64,000 nt of DNA from positions 672,001 through 736,000 of the forward strand of contig JBMNIF010000002.1 in NCBI GenBank assembly GCA_050950765.1, written 5' to 3'. The position numbers and the translations under genes are program-made. The stretch is from Bdellovibrionota bacterium. Lineage in GTDB: Bacteria; Bdellovibrionota_C; UBA2361; JAAYZI01. The notes beneath the pieces are model-generated. The model worked only from the letters and a program-made list of their open reading frames with translations. It was not told the origin of the DNA and did not search any database. This document shows positions 1 to 7,739 of the stretch, one piece after another; positions within the stretch are counted from its first letter, which is position 1; each line of letters begins with the position of its first letter.

Positions 1-152
1 GCCTTTTTTATAGCGCCGTTTACAACAAAAGCTGACATCTCGAGACCTTGCACAGGTTTGTGAACTTCAAGAGCGTACTTAGCGCGGCTTCCGCTAAGGC
101 GTGCTTGATTGGGGGCAAGGAGTTCATCTTCAAAGATAGCAAGGTAATTCAT
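1..152 (-). CDS. rsmE: RsmE-like 16S rRNA m3U1498 methyltransferase, N-terminus only (runs off window)
   Basis: Manual translation from ATG at 152 gives MNYLAIFEDELLAPNQARLSGSRAKYALEVHKPVQGLEMSAFVVNG, resembling RsmE N-termini. Only 50 codons are visible. Confidence 0.55.
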   Translation of the reverse strand, partial: MNYLAIFEDELLAPNQARLSGSRAKYALEVHKPVQGLEMSAFVVNGAIKK

Positions 153-182
153 AAAATATTTTAAAAATCATCAGTAAAAGAG

Positions 183-209
183 GAAAGTTTTTTTATTATG
201 TGGCGAAGA
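183..209 (+). promoter_or_regulatory. Sigma28/FliA-like promoter
   Basis: GAAAGTTT-N11-GGCGAAGA versus consensus TAAAGTTT-N11-GCCGATAA, ~100 bp upstream of the ORF at 307. Confidence 0.4.
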
Positions 210-306
210 GGGTAACAGGTATTCGTTGGAACGTTAGTAACACATCTCGCATGGTGAAGTTTTAGCGAATTTTTAAAAAATTATCTATTTTTTTGGAGAG
301 ATTATT

Positions 307-927
307 ATGCCTGATGTAAATCCTGTGAATCCTTCTTCGCAACTTAACTTAAATTGTGCTACCACCAATGAGGTTAGTGGTCAATGTATTGCACAAAGTG
401 CACTGAATATCATTGCTCATTCTGGGAGAAGCTACGCTTTTTCGGAGGCACCAAGTAGCCCTTATAAAAATCTTTCCGGAAATAAAGTTCCGAATCAGAC
501 GCAGATTGCGTGGTTAAAGAATAAAAATAAATGCAATCAGTTTGTTGGAGATGCTTTAAGTGCTGCTGGAGTTGGTGTGCCGACAAATCGTATGGCTGAC
601 GGAACGGAACATTATAAGATTGCAGAATCCTTTCCGAACGAGAGCGCTTACTTTTCAAAGTTGGATAGCACAGCTGATGTGCAGGTGGGAGATGTTTTTG
701 TAAAAGATTATGGTGCTGATGACGGAGAGTGTGGTGGACACACTGAAGTCGTTGTAGAGGTAGACCGTAGAAGGAATGTGATTAAGTTGGCGGGAGCCCA
801 TAGAAATGGGGCCTACGTTTCTGAAATGAGTTTAAATAATGAAAGTTGGAAGTTTAATCCACTTCAAAAATCTTGGACAAACGGATTGGATAACATCTAC
901 TTTTTAAGAGCACGAAAAAAAGCGTAG
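307..927 (+). CDS. CHAP/NlpC-P60-like cysteine amidase
   Basis: Cys...His arrangement KCNQFVGDAL ... GDVFV ... GGHTEVV. GGAG RBS upstream. Confidence 0.55.
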   Translation: MPDVNPVNPSSQLNLNCATTNEVSGQCIAQSALNIIAHSGRSYAFSEAPSSPYKNLSGNKVPNQTQIAWLKNKNKCNQFVGDALSAAGVGVPTNRMADGTEHYKIAESFPNESAYFSKLDSTADVQVGDVFVKDYGADDGECGGHTEVVVEVDRRRNVIKLAGAHRNGAYVSEMSLNNESWKFNPLQKSWTNGLDNIYFLRARKKA

Positions 928-1160
928 TTATTTAATTATGTTTTTTAGCGTCGGATTTATAGAGAATTATTAAAAAAATCTTCTGTCTCTTCGATTTCTC
1001 GTTACATCTATAAGTCCGACGTTTTTTTCTTATTTTTTAAGAGCACAAAAAATGTAGTTATTTAATCATGTTTTTTTAGCGTCGGATTTATAGAGAATTA
1101 TTAAAAAATCTTCTGTCTCTTCGATTTCTCGTTACATCTATAAGTCCGACGCTTTTTTTA
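899..1160. repeat. ~131-bp tandem duplication of a gene 3' end plus long-loop hairpin
   Basis: Two near-identical copies (agcgtcgg at 947 and 1078). Each has a 15-17-bp stem (agcgtcggatttataga / tctataagtccgacg) followed by a T-run. Confidence 0.9.
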
Positions 1161-1246
1161 TCTTTCCTAGTGAACTCCTATAAAAACGTGACGTTTTTTC
1201 TTCTTCTCCAGCGAAAACTTTTATTAAATTTAGAATTTTTATTTTT

Positions 1247-1275
1247 TTGACACATCCCTTAAAGTACCATATATT
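1247..1275 (+). promoter_or_regulatory. Sigma70 promoter of serS
   Basis: TTGACA-N17-TATATT. Confidence 0.65.
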
Positions 1276-1334
1276 TTAACGGTCATTTCCCTATTTTTTT
1301 AATAAGTTAGGGAATTTTTTCTTAGGAAAATATC

Positions 1335-2615
1335 ATGTTAGACATCAATAGAATTAGAGAAAATCCGGAAGCCGTTAAAAACGCCCTCCTTAAGAGAATG
1401 GATAGTGTCGATTTTACAAACCTCCTTAAAGAAGATGCGGAATGCCGTAAATTATTGCAAGAAGTTGAAGGTCTTAAAGCTAGAAGAAATAAAGTTTCCG
1501 CAGATATTCCGCGCTTAAAAAAAGAGGGGAAAGATATCTCTTCTTTAATGGATGAGATGAAGGAGGTCGGAGAATCTATTAAGTCTCTTGATGCGCGGTG
1601 TGCAACTTTGCAAGATAGTATCCGTACTTTTATGGAATCGCTACCGAATGTTCCTGCTGATGATGTTTTGCCAGGAAATAAAGAAAACAACAAAGTTGTT
1701 AAAACTTTTGGAGAAAAACCGACCTTTTCTTTTAAAGCGAAAGATCACATTGAGATCGCACAAAGCCTTAAACTGATTGATTATGAACGTGGTGTAAAAC
1801 TTGGTGGTAATGGTTTCTGGATCTATCAAGGAGAGGGGGCGCGCTTAGAATGGGCGCTGCTGCAATACTTTATTGATCAGCACATCAAAGACGGTTACAC
1901 CTTTATGCTTTTGCCGCACATCTTAAACTGGCAATCTGGAATTACGGCAGGGCAGTTTCCGAAGTTTGTTGATGATGTTTTTACCTTAACAGGTGCAGAG
2001 GATAAAGAGCATACGCAATTCCTTCTGCCTACTGCTGAGACGGCTTTGATCAACCTTTATCGTGATGAAATTATTCCTGAAGCGGAATTGCCGAAAAAAC
2101 TGTTCGGTTATACTCCATGTTACAGAAAGGAAGCGGGAAGTTATCGTGCAGCAGAACGCGGCATGATTCGCGGACATCAATTTAACAAGGTAGAGATGTT
2201 CGCTTACTGTTTACCGGAAGATTCTGATAAGATCCTTGATGAGTTAATCGCTAAAGCAAGTGCTTTAGTTGAAGGGCTGGGGTTGCACTATCGTGTTAGT
2301 AAACTTGCTGCGGGAGATTGCAGCGCTTCTATGGCAAAAACTTTTGATGTTGAAGTCTGGATTCCTAGCATGAATGAATATAAAGAGGTTAGCTCCGCTT
2401 CCAATGCTCACGACTATCAGGCACGTCGCGGAAATATTCGTTACAAACAACAAGCCAGTGGTAAAAATCTTTTCGTACACACCTTAAACGCTTCAGGTCT
2501 TGCTACCAGTCGCCTCTTCCCCGCTATCTTGGAGCAGTTTCAGCAGGAAGATGGATCGGTTGTGGTGCCGGAGGTGTTAAGAAAGTGGGTTGGAAGAGAT
2601 CAACTAACTTTGTAA
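1335..2615 (+). CDS. serS: Seryl-tRNA synthetase
   Basis: MLDI start, N-terminal coiled coil, LLPTAE, YRKEAG, RGHQFNKVE, HTLNASGLA motifs. Confidence 0.98.
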   Translation: MLDINRIRENPEAVKNALLKRMDSVDFTNLLKEDAECRKLLQEVEGLKARRNKVSADIPRLKKEGKDISSLMDEMKEVGESIKSLDARCATLQDSIRTFMESLPNVPADDVLPGNKENNKVVKTFGEKPTFSFKAKDHIEIAQSLKLIDYERGVKLGGNGFWIYQGEGARLEWALLQYFIDQHIKDGYTFMLLPHILNWQSGITAGQFPKFVDDVFTLTGAEDKEHTQFLLPTAETALINLYRDEIIPEAELPKKLFGYTPCYRKEAGSYRAAERGMIRGHQFNKVEMFAYCLPEDSDKILDELIAKASALVEGLGLHYRVSKLAAGDCSASMAKTFDVEVWIPSMNEYKEVSSASNAHDYQARRGNIRYKQQASGKNLFVHTLNASGLATSRLFPAILEQFQQEDGSVVVPEVLRKWVGRDQLTL

Positions 2616-2795
2616 ACGCTTTTTTCTACTGAAGATTTTATCGGTTAGGAAAATGCCTTAAGCGAGAGGGGGAAAAAAGATCGTTTAACTCCGTAAGTGC
2701 TTTTTTCTACTGAAGATCTTTTTTTTATTAGGGAAATACCTTAAGCGAGAAGAGGGAAAAAAAGATCCTTTAACTCTGCGGGTGCTTTTTTCTCT
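2538..2795. repeat. Degenerate 81/85-bp tandem repeat copying the serS 3' end
   Basis: gcttttttct recurs at 2618, 2699 and 2784. gaagat..atcggtt..ttaag..agat..taact..taa is shared with the last serS codons. Confidence 0.8.
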
Positions 2796-2817
2796 GTAAC
2801 GGCAAAGATAGTTTTTA

Positions 2818-2869
2818 GGAGCGATATTATAAGAGGTGTAAATTATTTTCTCTTACAAACTATCGCTCC
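2818..2869. terminator. Hairpin between convergent serS and FG-GAP genes
   Basis: ggagcgata-ttataagag ... ctcttacaa-ac-tatcgctcc inverted repeat. Confidence 0.5.
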
Positions 2870-2889
2870 ATCTTTATAAAAAGAAAAAA

Positions 2890-4638
2890 TTATTTAATTC
2901 TTATTTTCTTTAGAGTGATTGAAGAGTCAGTTGTAGCTTCGGTTAAAATATAACCTTTTTTAAGGCTTTTTTTAATGTTGCAATTTAGTTGAATCTTCTT
3001 TGATTTCTTAGGCTTTAAAGTTTTGATGGTGGATTTTTTACAGAGCTTGTCTTTAGAGTCTATAACTTTATTTTTTGAAATATACGTTTTAATTTGGATA
3101 TTATTACCAGCATCTTTGCCGTTATTTTTTATGACAAGTGTAGAAGACAATTTGTTGTTAGTTACTTTAGTATTTCTAAAATTAAGCTTTAGGATGACAT
3201 TTTTTTTGTTGTCATTTATGATAGGATCCTTAGAGTCTTCATTTTTTTCTGGAAGTTTTTCACAAGCATCAATTTTTCCATTGGAGTTATTATCTATAGG
3301 GAAATATTCGGCAAAGACGAGACCTGCTTTGGGAAGGTAATTGTTTATGTCTATAAAATCAGGATCTGAATATAAAGAATCTATATAGCCATCACCATTA
3401 ATATCTCCAATTGTTACAGCACGAGAAAATTTAAATACATCGGAAGTTATTTGACGTTCGATAATAAGGTCTTTGTTGGCACCAGAATAGATGGATAAAG
3501 AACCGTATTCTCCTGTGTAGACCATAAAATCAGCATGACCATCATTATCTACATCAGATAATGGCCAAACATCATCGTATGTTAAATCTGGTGTGCCATT
3601 GTCGATCCTATATAGTTCAGAGAGATCTTTCCCTGATAAAAAGTAGACAATGCCGATTGCGCCTATGTTAGGTGTGGCAACTACAGCTAAATCAGAATAA
3701 CCATCTTTATTTAGATCACCTAATTCACGTAAAATTCCACCAAAGTTAGTTTTTGTATCGGTATCTAAGATGATAATGCCCAACAAATCACCATTAGCAC
3801 CTGAGAGGAGTGCCACAAAGCCATCAATGAGCGTAGAGCTGTAGATATCATCATTATCTTTTGTTAATGAAACCCCTGATGCTGAAACGAGGATATCGGC
3901 TATATTGTCATTATTATAATCATGAAATAGAAGAGCAGCATCTCCGAATGTATAAAACCCACTTACTTTAGCGTACGCAAAATCGTCGACTGTGTAATTA
4001 TTCACCCAAATGAGAGAACCATCTATTCCAGAGTGAGCATAAATTACAGAATTCTCAGAATCTGTAATTATATAATCAGGATAGCCGTCTTTGTTTAAAT
4101 CTTTTCCACCTGTTACTGTAGAGCCATAGTTTGTTATAACCCTTCTTCCATAAATAGGAGAGGTATGATGTCTGATTTTAGTACCTGTTTTTCCTGAAAA
4201 AATAGTGACTACACCGTTTGATCCTATATCAATTGTGCCGCCGATCGCAAAATCATCAAAGCCGTCTTTGTTAATATCACCTAACGGAAATGCAGTATTG
4301 CCATAAACAGATAACGCATTTGAATAACTACTTGTTATTTTGTAGAGCTCTATGCCGGTTTTTCCTGAGTAAACATGTACAACTTGATGGGTATAGTTTG
4401 GTGCTTTAACATCACTATTTGCGCCTAAATAAAAATCAGGAACGCCATCTCCGTTTACATCACCGATAGGACCCAGCGTAGAGCCAAGTCGGTCTGAAAC
4501 GTATGAATTACCAGAAGGGGCAGCTGCACCTTTGTAGTGAAAAATCAATGGACATTCCTGGGCGTAAGCGAAATCGAAATTTAATAAAAGAAAAGTGATA
4601 AAAACATATAAGGTATAAAATTTATTTATTATTTGCAT
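2890..4638 (-). CDS. Secreted FG-GAP (integrin-alpha-like beta-propeller) protein with Lys-rich Ig/CARDB-like C-terminus
   Basis: Signal peptide (AYA|Q) and repeated GDxNxDGxxD motifs (GDVNGDGVPD, GDINKDGFDD, GDLNKDGYSD, GDINGDGYID). Confidence 0.85.
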   Translation of the reverse strand: MQIINKFYTLYVFITFLLLNFDFAYAQECPLIFHYKGAAAPSGNSYVSDRLGSTLGPIGDVNGDGVPDFYLGANSDVKAPNYTHQVVHVYSGKTGIELYKITSSYSNALSVYGNTAFPLGDINKDGFDDFAIGGTIDIGSNGVVTIFSGKTGTKIRHHTSPIYGRRVITNYGSTVTGGKDLNKDGYPDYIITDSENSVIYAHSGIDGSLIWVNNYTVDDFAYAKVSGFYTFGDAALLFHDYNNDNIADILVSASGVSLTKDNDDIYSSTLIDGFVALLSGANGDLLGIIILDTDTKTNFGGILRELGDLNKDGYSDLAVVATPNIGAIGIVYFLSGKDLSELYRIDNGTPDLTYDDVWPLSDVDNDGHADFMVYTGEYGSLSIYSGANKDLIIERQITSDVFKFSRAVTIGDINGDGYIDSLYSDPDFIDINNYLPKAGLVFAEYFPIDNNSNGKIDACEKLPEKNEDSKDPIINDNKKNVILKLNFRNTKVTNNKLSSTLVIKNNGKDAGNNIQIKTYISKNKVIDSKDKLCKKSTIKTLKPKKSKKIQLNCNIKKSLKKGYILTEATTDSSITLKKIRIK

Positions 4639-4841
4639 ATGATGCCTTAAAAAAATGTTAAATTATATTCCTGTTATAAGAGCTAATAGTATATGAGATA
4701 GTTATTTTAATTAAGTGTTGTTTCCCATTTTATAAAAGTTCTTATAAGCTGTGTTACTAAAATGTAAATATTGCAATTTAGGTTGAGGCTTCGTGATACA
4801 ATTTAATGATAAAACATTAACATCTATCCCCTTGTTTTAAA

Positions 4842-6131
4842 TTATGCCTGTTTAAAATAAAGCACCTCTTCGGATCTGTTTTGTGGAAGTCCTGTTGCAA
4901 CCTCTCCATTAAGAACGTTATTAACGTAAGTGGCATAATCCGACTGGACGTTTGGGATGGTCTGACCGTTTGCCGTTAAAGCGTTACACAATATTTCGCG
5001 TAAGCCTTGCGGTGTATTTGGATTATCTCCCTGACCGTCTCTTAGGATAGTTTGTAGTGTAGAGGCAGCTTCTGAAACTTTCTGATCAGAGATAATGCGC
5101 AACATCTCATCTGGAGATGATTTTAAACGTAAGATTTCGTTATCTACCTTTGTCGCATATTCTTCTCTGTTCATACCTTTTGCTGGATAAAGCATACCGT
5201 AACGTGATTCTAAGCCGACATTCTTCATCGCCTCTGCTGCAACTCGCATCTCTAACGGATCGGCAGAGAGAACATTTTCTCCAAACATTTCAAAAGAGAG
5301 TTGAGAGCCTTTAATATCTTCTGCTTTTAAGAGAGTAGTATCACCTGTTTTAGCGTAAGCGTTATTGATCCAATGCCCTGTATTGGGGTCATAACCGATG
5401 AACTCTTTCCCAAAACCTTCAACACTACCATCGTTATTATTTCTCTGACTTGCGAAGAGATCACTTTGTTTAGAAAGAGCGGCTTCATAATCTTTAAAAG
5501 AGGGCAGCGCTTCCCTTAATTGTTCGTTTCGTTCTGCTTGATATTCCTTTGTTGAGACGTGAAAAAGTTTATTAGAAACAAACTTTGCTAAGTGTGTTGT
5601 TAAAGGATCCATCTTTCTAACGGTTGAGCTACGTTGATATAGAGCACCGAGTGGCTCCCCTTTAAAAGCAGTCGCTGCCATACACGCTTCACTACCGTTT
5701 AAGTCGTCACCTTTAGCGGCACGCATAGCTTCACCGTTTTTAGCGGTGATATAGGTGCCCATAATAGCGGCAGCGATCCCTGCTGTGGCAGCCCCTGCAC
5801 CAGCACAAGAGGCAGCACCACCTGCGGCGCAACCTGCACTACAAGTTGTGGCGCCTGCTGCGGTAGTAGTAGCGCTGCTGAAGATCGTTCCGGAGAGCCA
5901 ACTTTTTAAATAATTGCTAACGAAACCTTTAAAGGTATTATTTATAACCTCTAAAAAAGCAGGAGTATTATCTATCTGCATATTGTGAGGAGAAAGAGGA
6001 GGTTCTTGAGAGGTTATTTTTTGTTGTGCTGAAATAGAGGGTGTTGTGCCTTGTTGTATCATCGCAGCATTTAAACTCTGATAGTAATTAATCAGATCTT
6101 GATATCTGTTTTGAGATGAGATGGTTTTCAC
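4842..6131 (-). CDS. Hypothetical protein with Gly/Ala/Cys-rich hydrophobic segment
   Basis: 429-aa ORF, GTG start with GGAG RBS. No family recognised. Confidence 0.7.
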   Translation of the reverse strand: MKTISSQNRYQDLINYYQSLNAAMIQQGTTPSISAQQKITSQEPPLSPHNMQIDNTPAFLEVINNTFKGFVSNYLKSWLSGTIFSSATTTAAGATTCSAGCAAGGAASCAGAGAATAGIAAAIMGTYITAKNGEAMRAAKGDDLNGSEACMAATAFKGEPLGALYQRSSTVRKMDPLTTHLAKFVSNKLFHVSTKEYQAERNEQLREALPSFKDYEAALSKQSDLFASQRNNNDGSVEGFGKEFIGYDPNTGHWINNAYAKTGDTTLLKAEDIKGSQLSFEMFGENVLSADPLEMRVAAEAMKNVGLESRYGMLYPAKGMNREEYATKVDNEILRLKSSPDEMLRIISDQKVSEAASTLQTILRDGQGDNPNTPQGLREILCNALTANGQTIPNVQSDYATYVNNVLNGEVATGLPQNRSEEVLYFKQA

Positions 6132-6148
6132 TGTGTCTCCTATAAAAT

Positions 6149-6224
6149 AAAAAACTACTCGTGAAAAACCTTTCTCTTTTAAATAAAGAAGGAGATTGTG
6201 AAACGTTCAGGATTTCACGAGTAG
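6149..6224 (-). promoter_or_regulatory. Leader hairpin (12-bp perfect stem, 46-nt loop) with T-run just before the RBS
   Basis: ctactcgtgaaa (6155-6166) / tttcacgagtag (6213-6224), followed on the minus strand by TTTTTT and then GGAG. Confidence 0.55.
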
Positions 6225-6337
6225 GTCTATACCACATTTAAGTTAAGAGAATGTGTATAAGGTGTCTTCGCACCTAATTTAAAAAAGTTGTCTTTAAAAG
6301 TATTTTTTTGCACCTTCGATTGAAGGGAGTGTGAAAA

Positions 6338-6446
6338 TTATAAAAAAGCTTAATTAAATAAATATGTTGAAGGAGATATGATATTAGAAAATTTAAATAT
6401 AAAATTAAATTATTGATGCGGACTATATAAAAAACTGAAATTTGGG
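6338..6446. mobile_element. Solo, degraded right end of the IS1634-like element
   Basis: Ungapped 109-bp match to 31176-31284 with about 13 mismatches, mostly transitions. The match ends exactly at the TIR tip. Confidence 0.85.
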
Positions 6447-6523
6447 AAGGGTTTCAATCTCCCTCCTGTTTGGAGGTGTGGTTTTATTTTCTTTTATGTT
6501 ACCTATGATCGCACCCTCTTTGC

Positions 6524-7393
6524 TTATTCATCCTCTTCTAAGTTTTCATCTTTAAGCGGAAGTCCTTTTGTTACATCGCTAATAAGCTTTCCAAAATCGA
6601 TGGCGTTTTTAGGTGTAATAACGGGCTTTCCTGTTTCTTGTTCAAGCGTTTCCTTTGCCACCTTCGCTACATTTCCACCTCGTTTGGCAACTTTTTTATT
6701 TTCTTCTAAACCTTCTGGATTTGATGTATTGGCGATATCTTTAGTCGCTGTTTCTGCAAGCATATTTAGAATAAGTTCGGTCGTTGACATATTGTCCCTA
6801 AGGTTTTGCTTTTTAAGTCCTTTGAAGTCTTTATATTCTCTCGTAGTCATGCCTGACCAAGCTTTTGAAATCTCGTTTGTGAGTATGGCGTACTCCATGC
6901 CTTCTTTTACACCGTGGTCTTGCCAAGTATCGGTAAGTTCTTTTCTTACCTGAATTGCCTGAAGCCTTTGGTTAATCCACTCTCGTGAGTAGCCTTTTTT
7001 TAGATATGTTTCCAAAGCACGCTCAATAGTAAGTTCTGGGTCTACTATTTCATCTAATCGTTCTTTACCCACTTCGGCTAACCACATCTTGAAAGGCTCG
7101 GCTTTAGGAGATGGGATAGATTGAATAATACGGAAGATTCCCTGCATATCTGCAACATCGGTATTACGCATTTTCCCATCAGCTGCTTTTAATTTCAAAG
7201 CGTGACAAAATGTCACGGTTTCACTTCCCTCTTCTTTTAAGCGTTGTTTTAGCTTTCTCCAGTATGCTCCTGCGTCTTTACTCTCCGTTAAAACTCCTAC
7301 GATATCTACAACGCTAAAATACCACTCTTCCTTTTCTCTATCCCATAAAGAACGTATCTGATTTCCTTCAAATATTTTAATTTCATTATTCAT
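6524..7393 (-). CDS. BRO-N domain / phage antirepressor-like protein
   Basis: IRSLWD..EEWYFSVVDIV..YWRKLKQRL, DGKMRxTD, RIIQSIPSPKAEPFKxWLA. Confidence 0.85.
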   Translation of the reverse strand: MNNEIKIFEGNQIRSLWDREKEEWYFSVVDIVGVLTESKDAGAYWRKLKQRLKEEGSETVTFCHALKLKAADGKMRNTDVADMQGIFRIIQSIPSPKAEPFKMWLAEVGKERLDEIVDPELTIERALETYLKKGYSREWINQRLQAIQVRKELTDTWQDHGVKEGMEYAILTNEISKAWSGMTTREYKDFKGLKKQNLRDNMSTTELILNMLAETATKDIANTSNPEGLEENKKVAKRGGNVAKVAKETLEQETGKPVITPKNAIDFGKLISDVTKGLPLKDENLEEDE

Positions 7394-7739
7394 TGTTCTG
7401 CCTCTGGTGGAAATGGACTTTTGTTATGCCGTGAAAATTTAGTTAGCATACCTGAACTTGTTACTCAATGTTGTAGTTAGTAAGAGAGGGGGGGAGACCT
7501 TACTTTCTAATGGGTGCAGATCTTGTTACGGATAACTTAACACGAAGTGTAGTGATGTCATAAGTTTAAAGTAGAAAGGTGAGAGGGGTGGAGGTGATAA
7601 ATCAAAAGCAATAAAGACCTCCTTAAAAATCTTATATTTTCGAAAAAATAGAAATGGGGTAGAACGACTGATAAGGGTGCGTTAGTTTCAAAAATAGCTT
7701 AGAAACTTTTGAATAAAAGTAGGTCAAGTTTTTAAAAAG

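Noticed and set aside
947..1153. Long hairpins as integron attC sites
   Set aside because: They lack RYYYAAC/GTTRRRY ends, and no integrase is present.
6524..7393. Prophage suggested by the BRO-N gene
   Set aside because: No integrase, structural or replication phage genes nearby.
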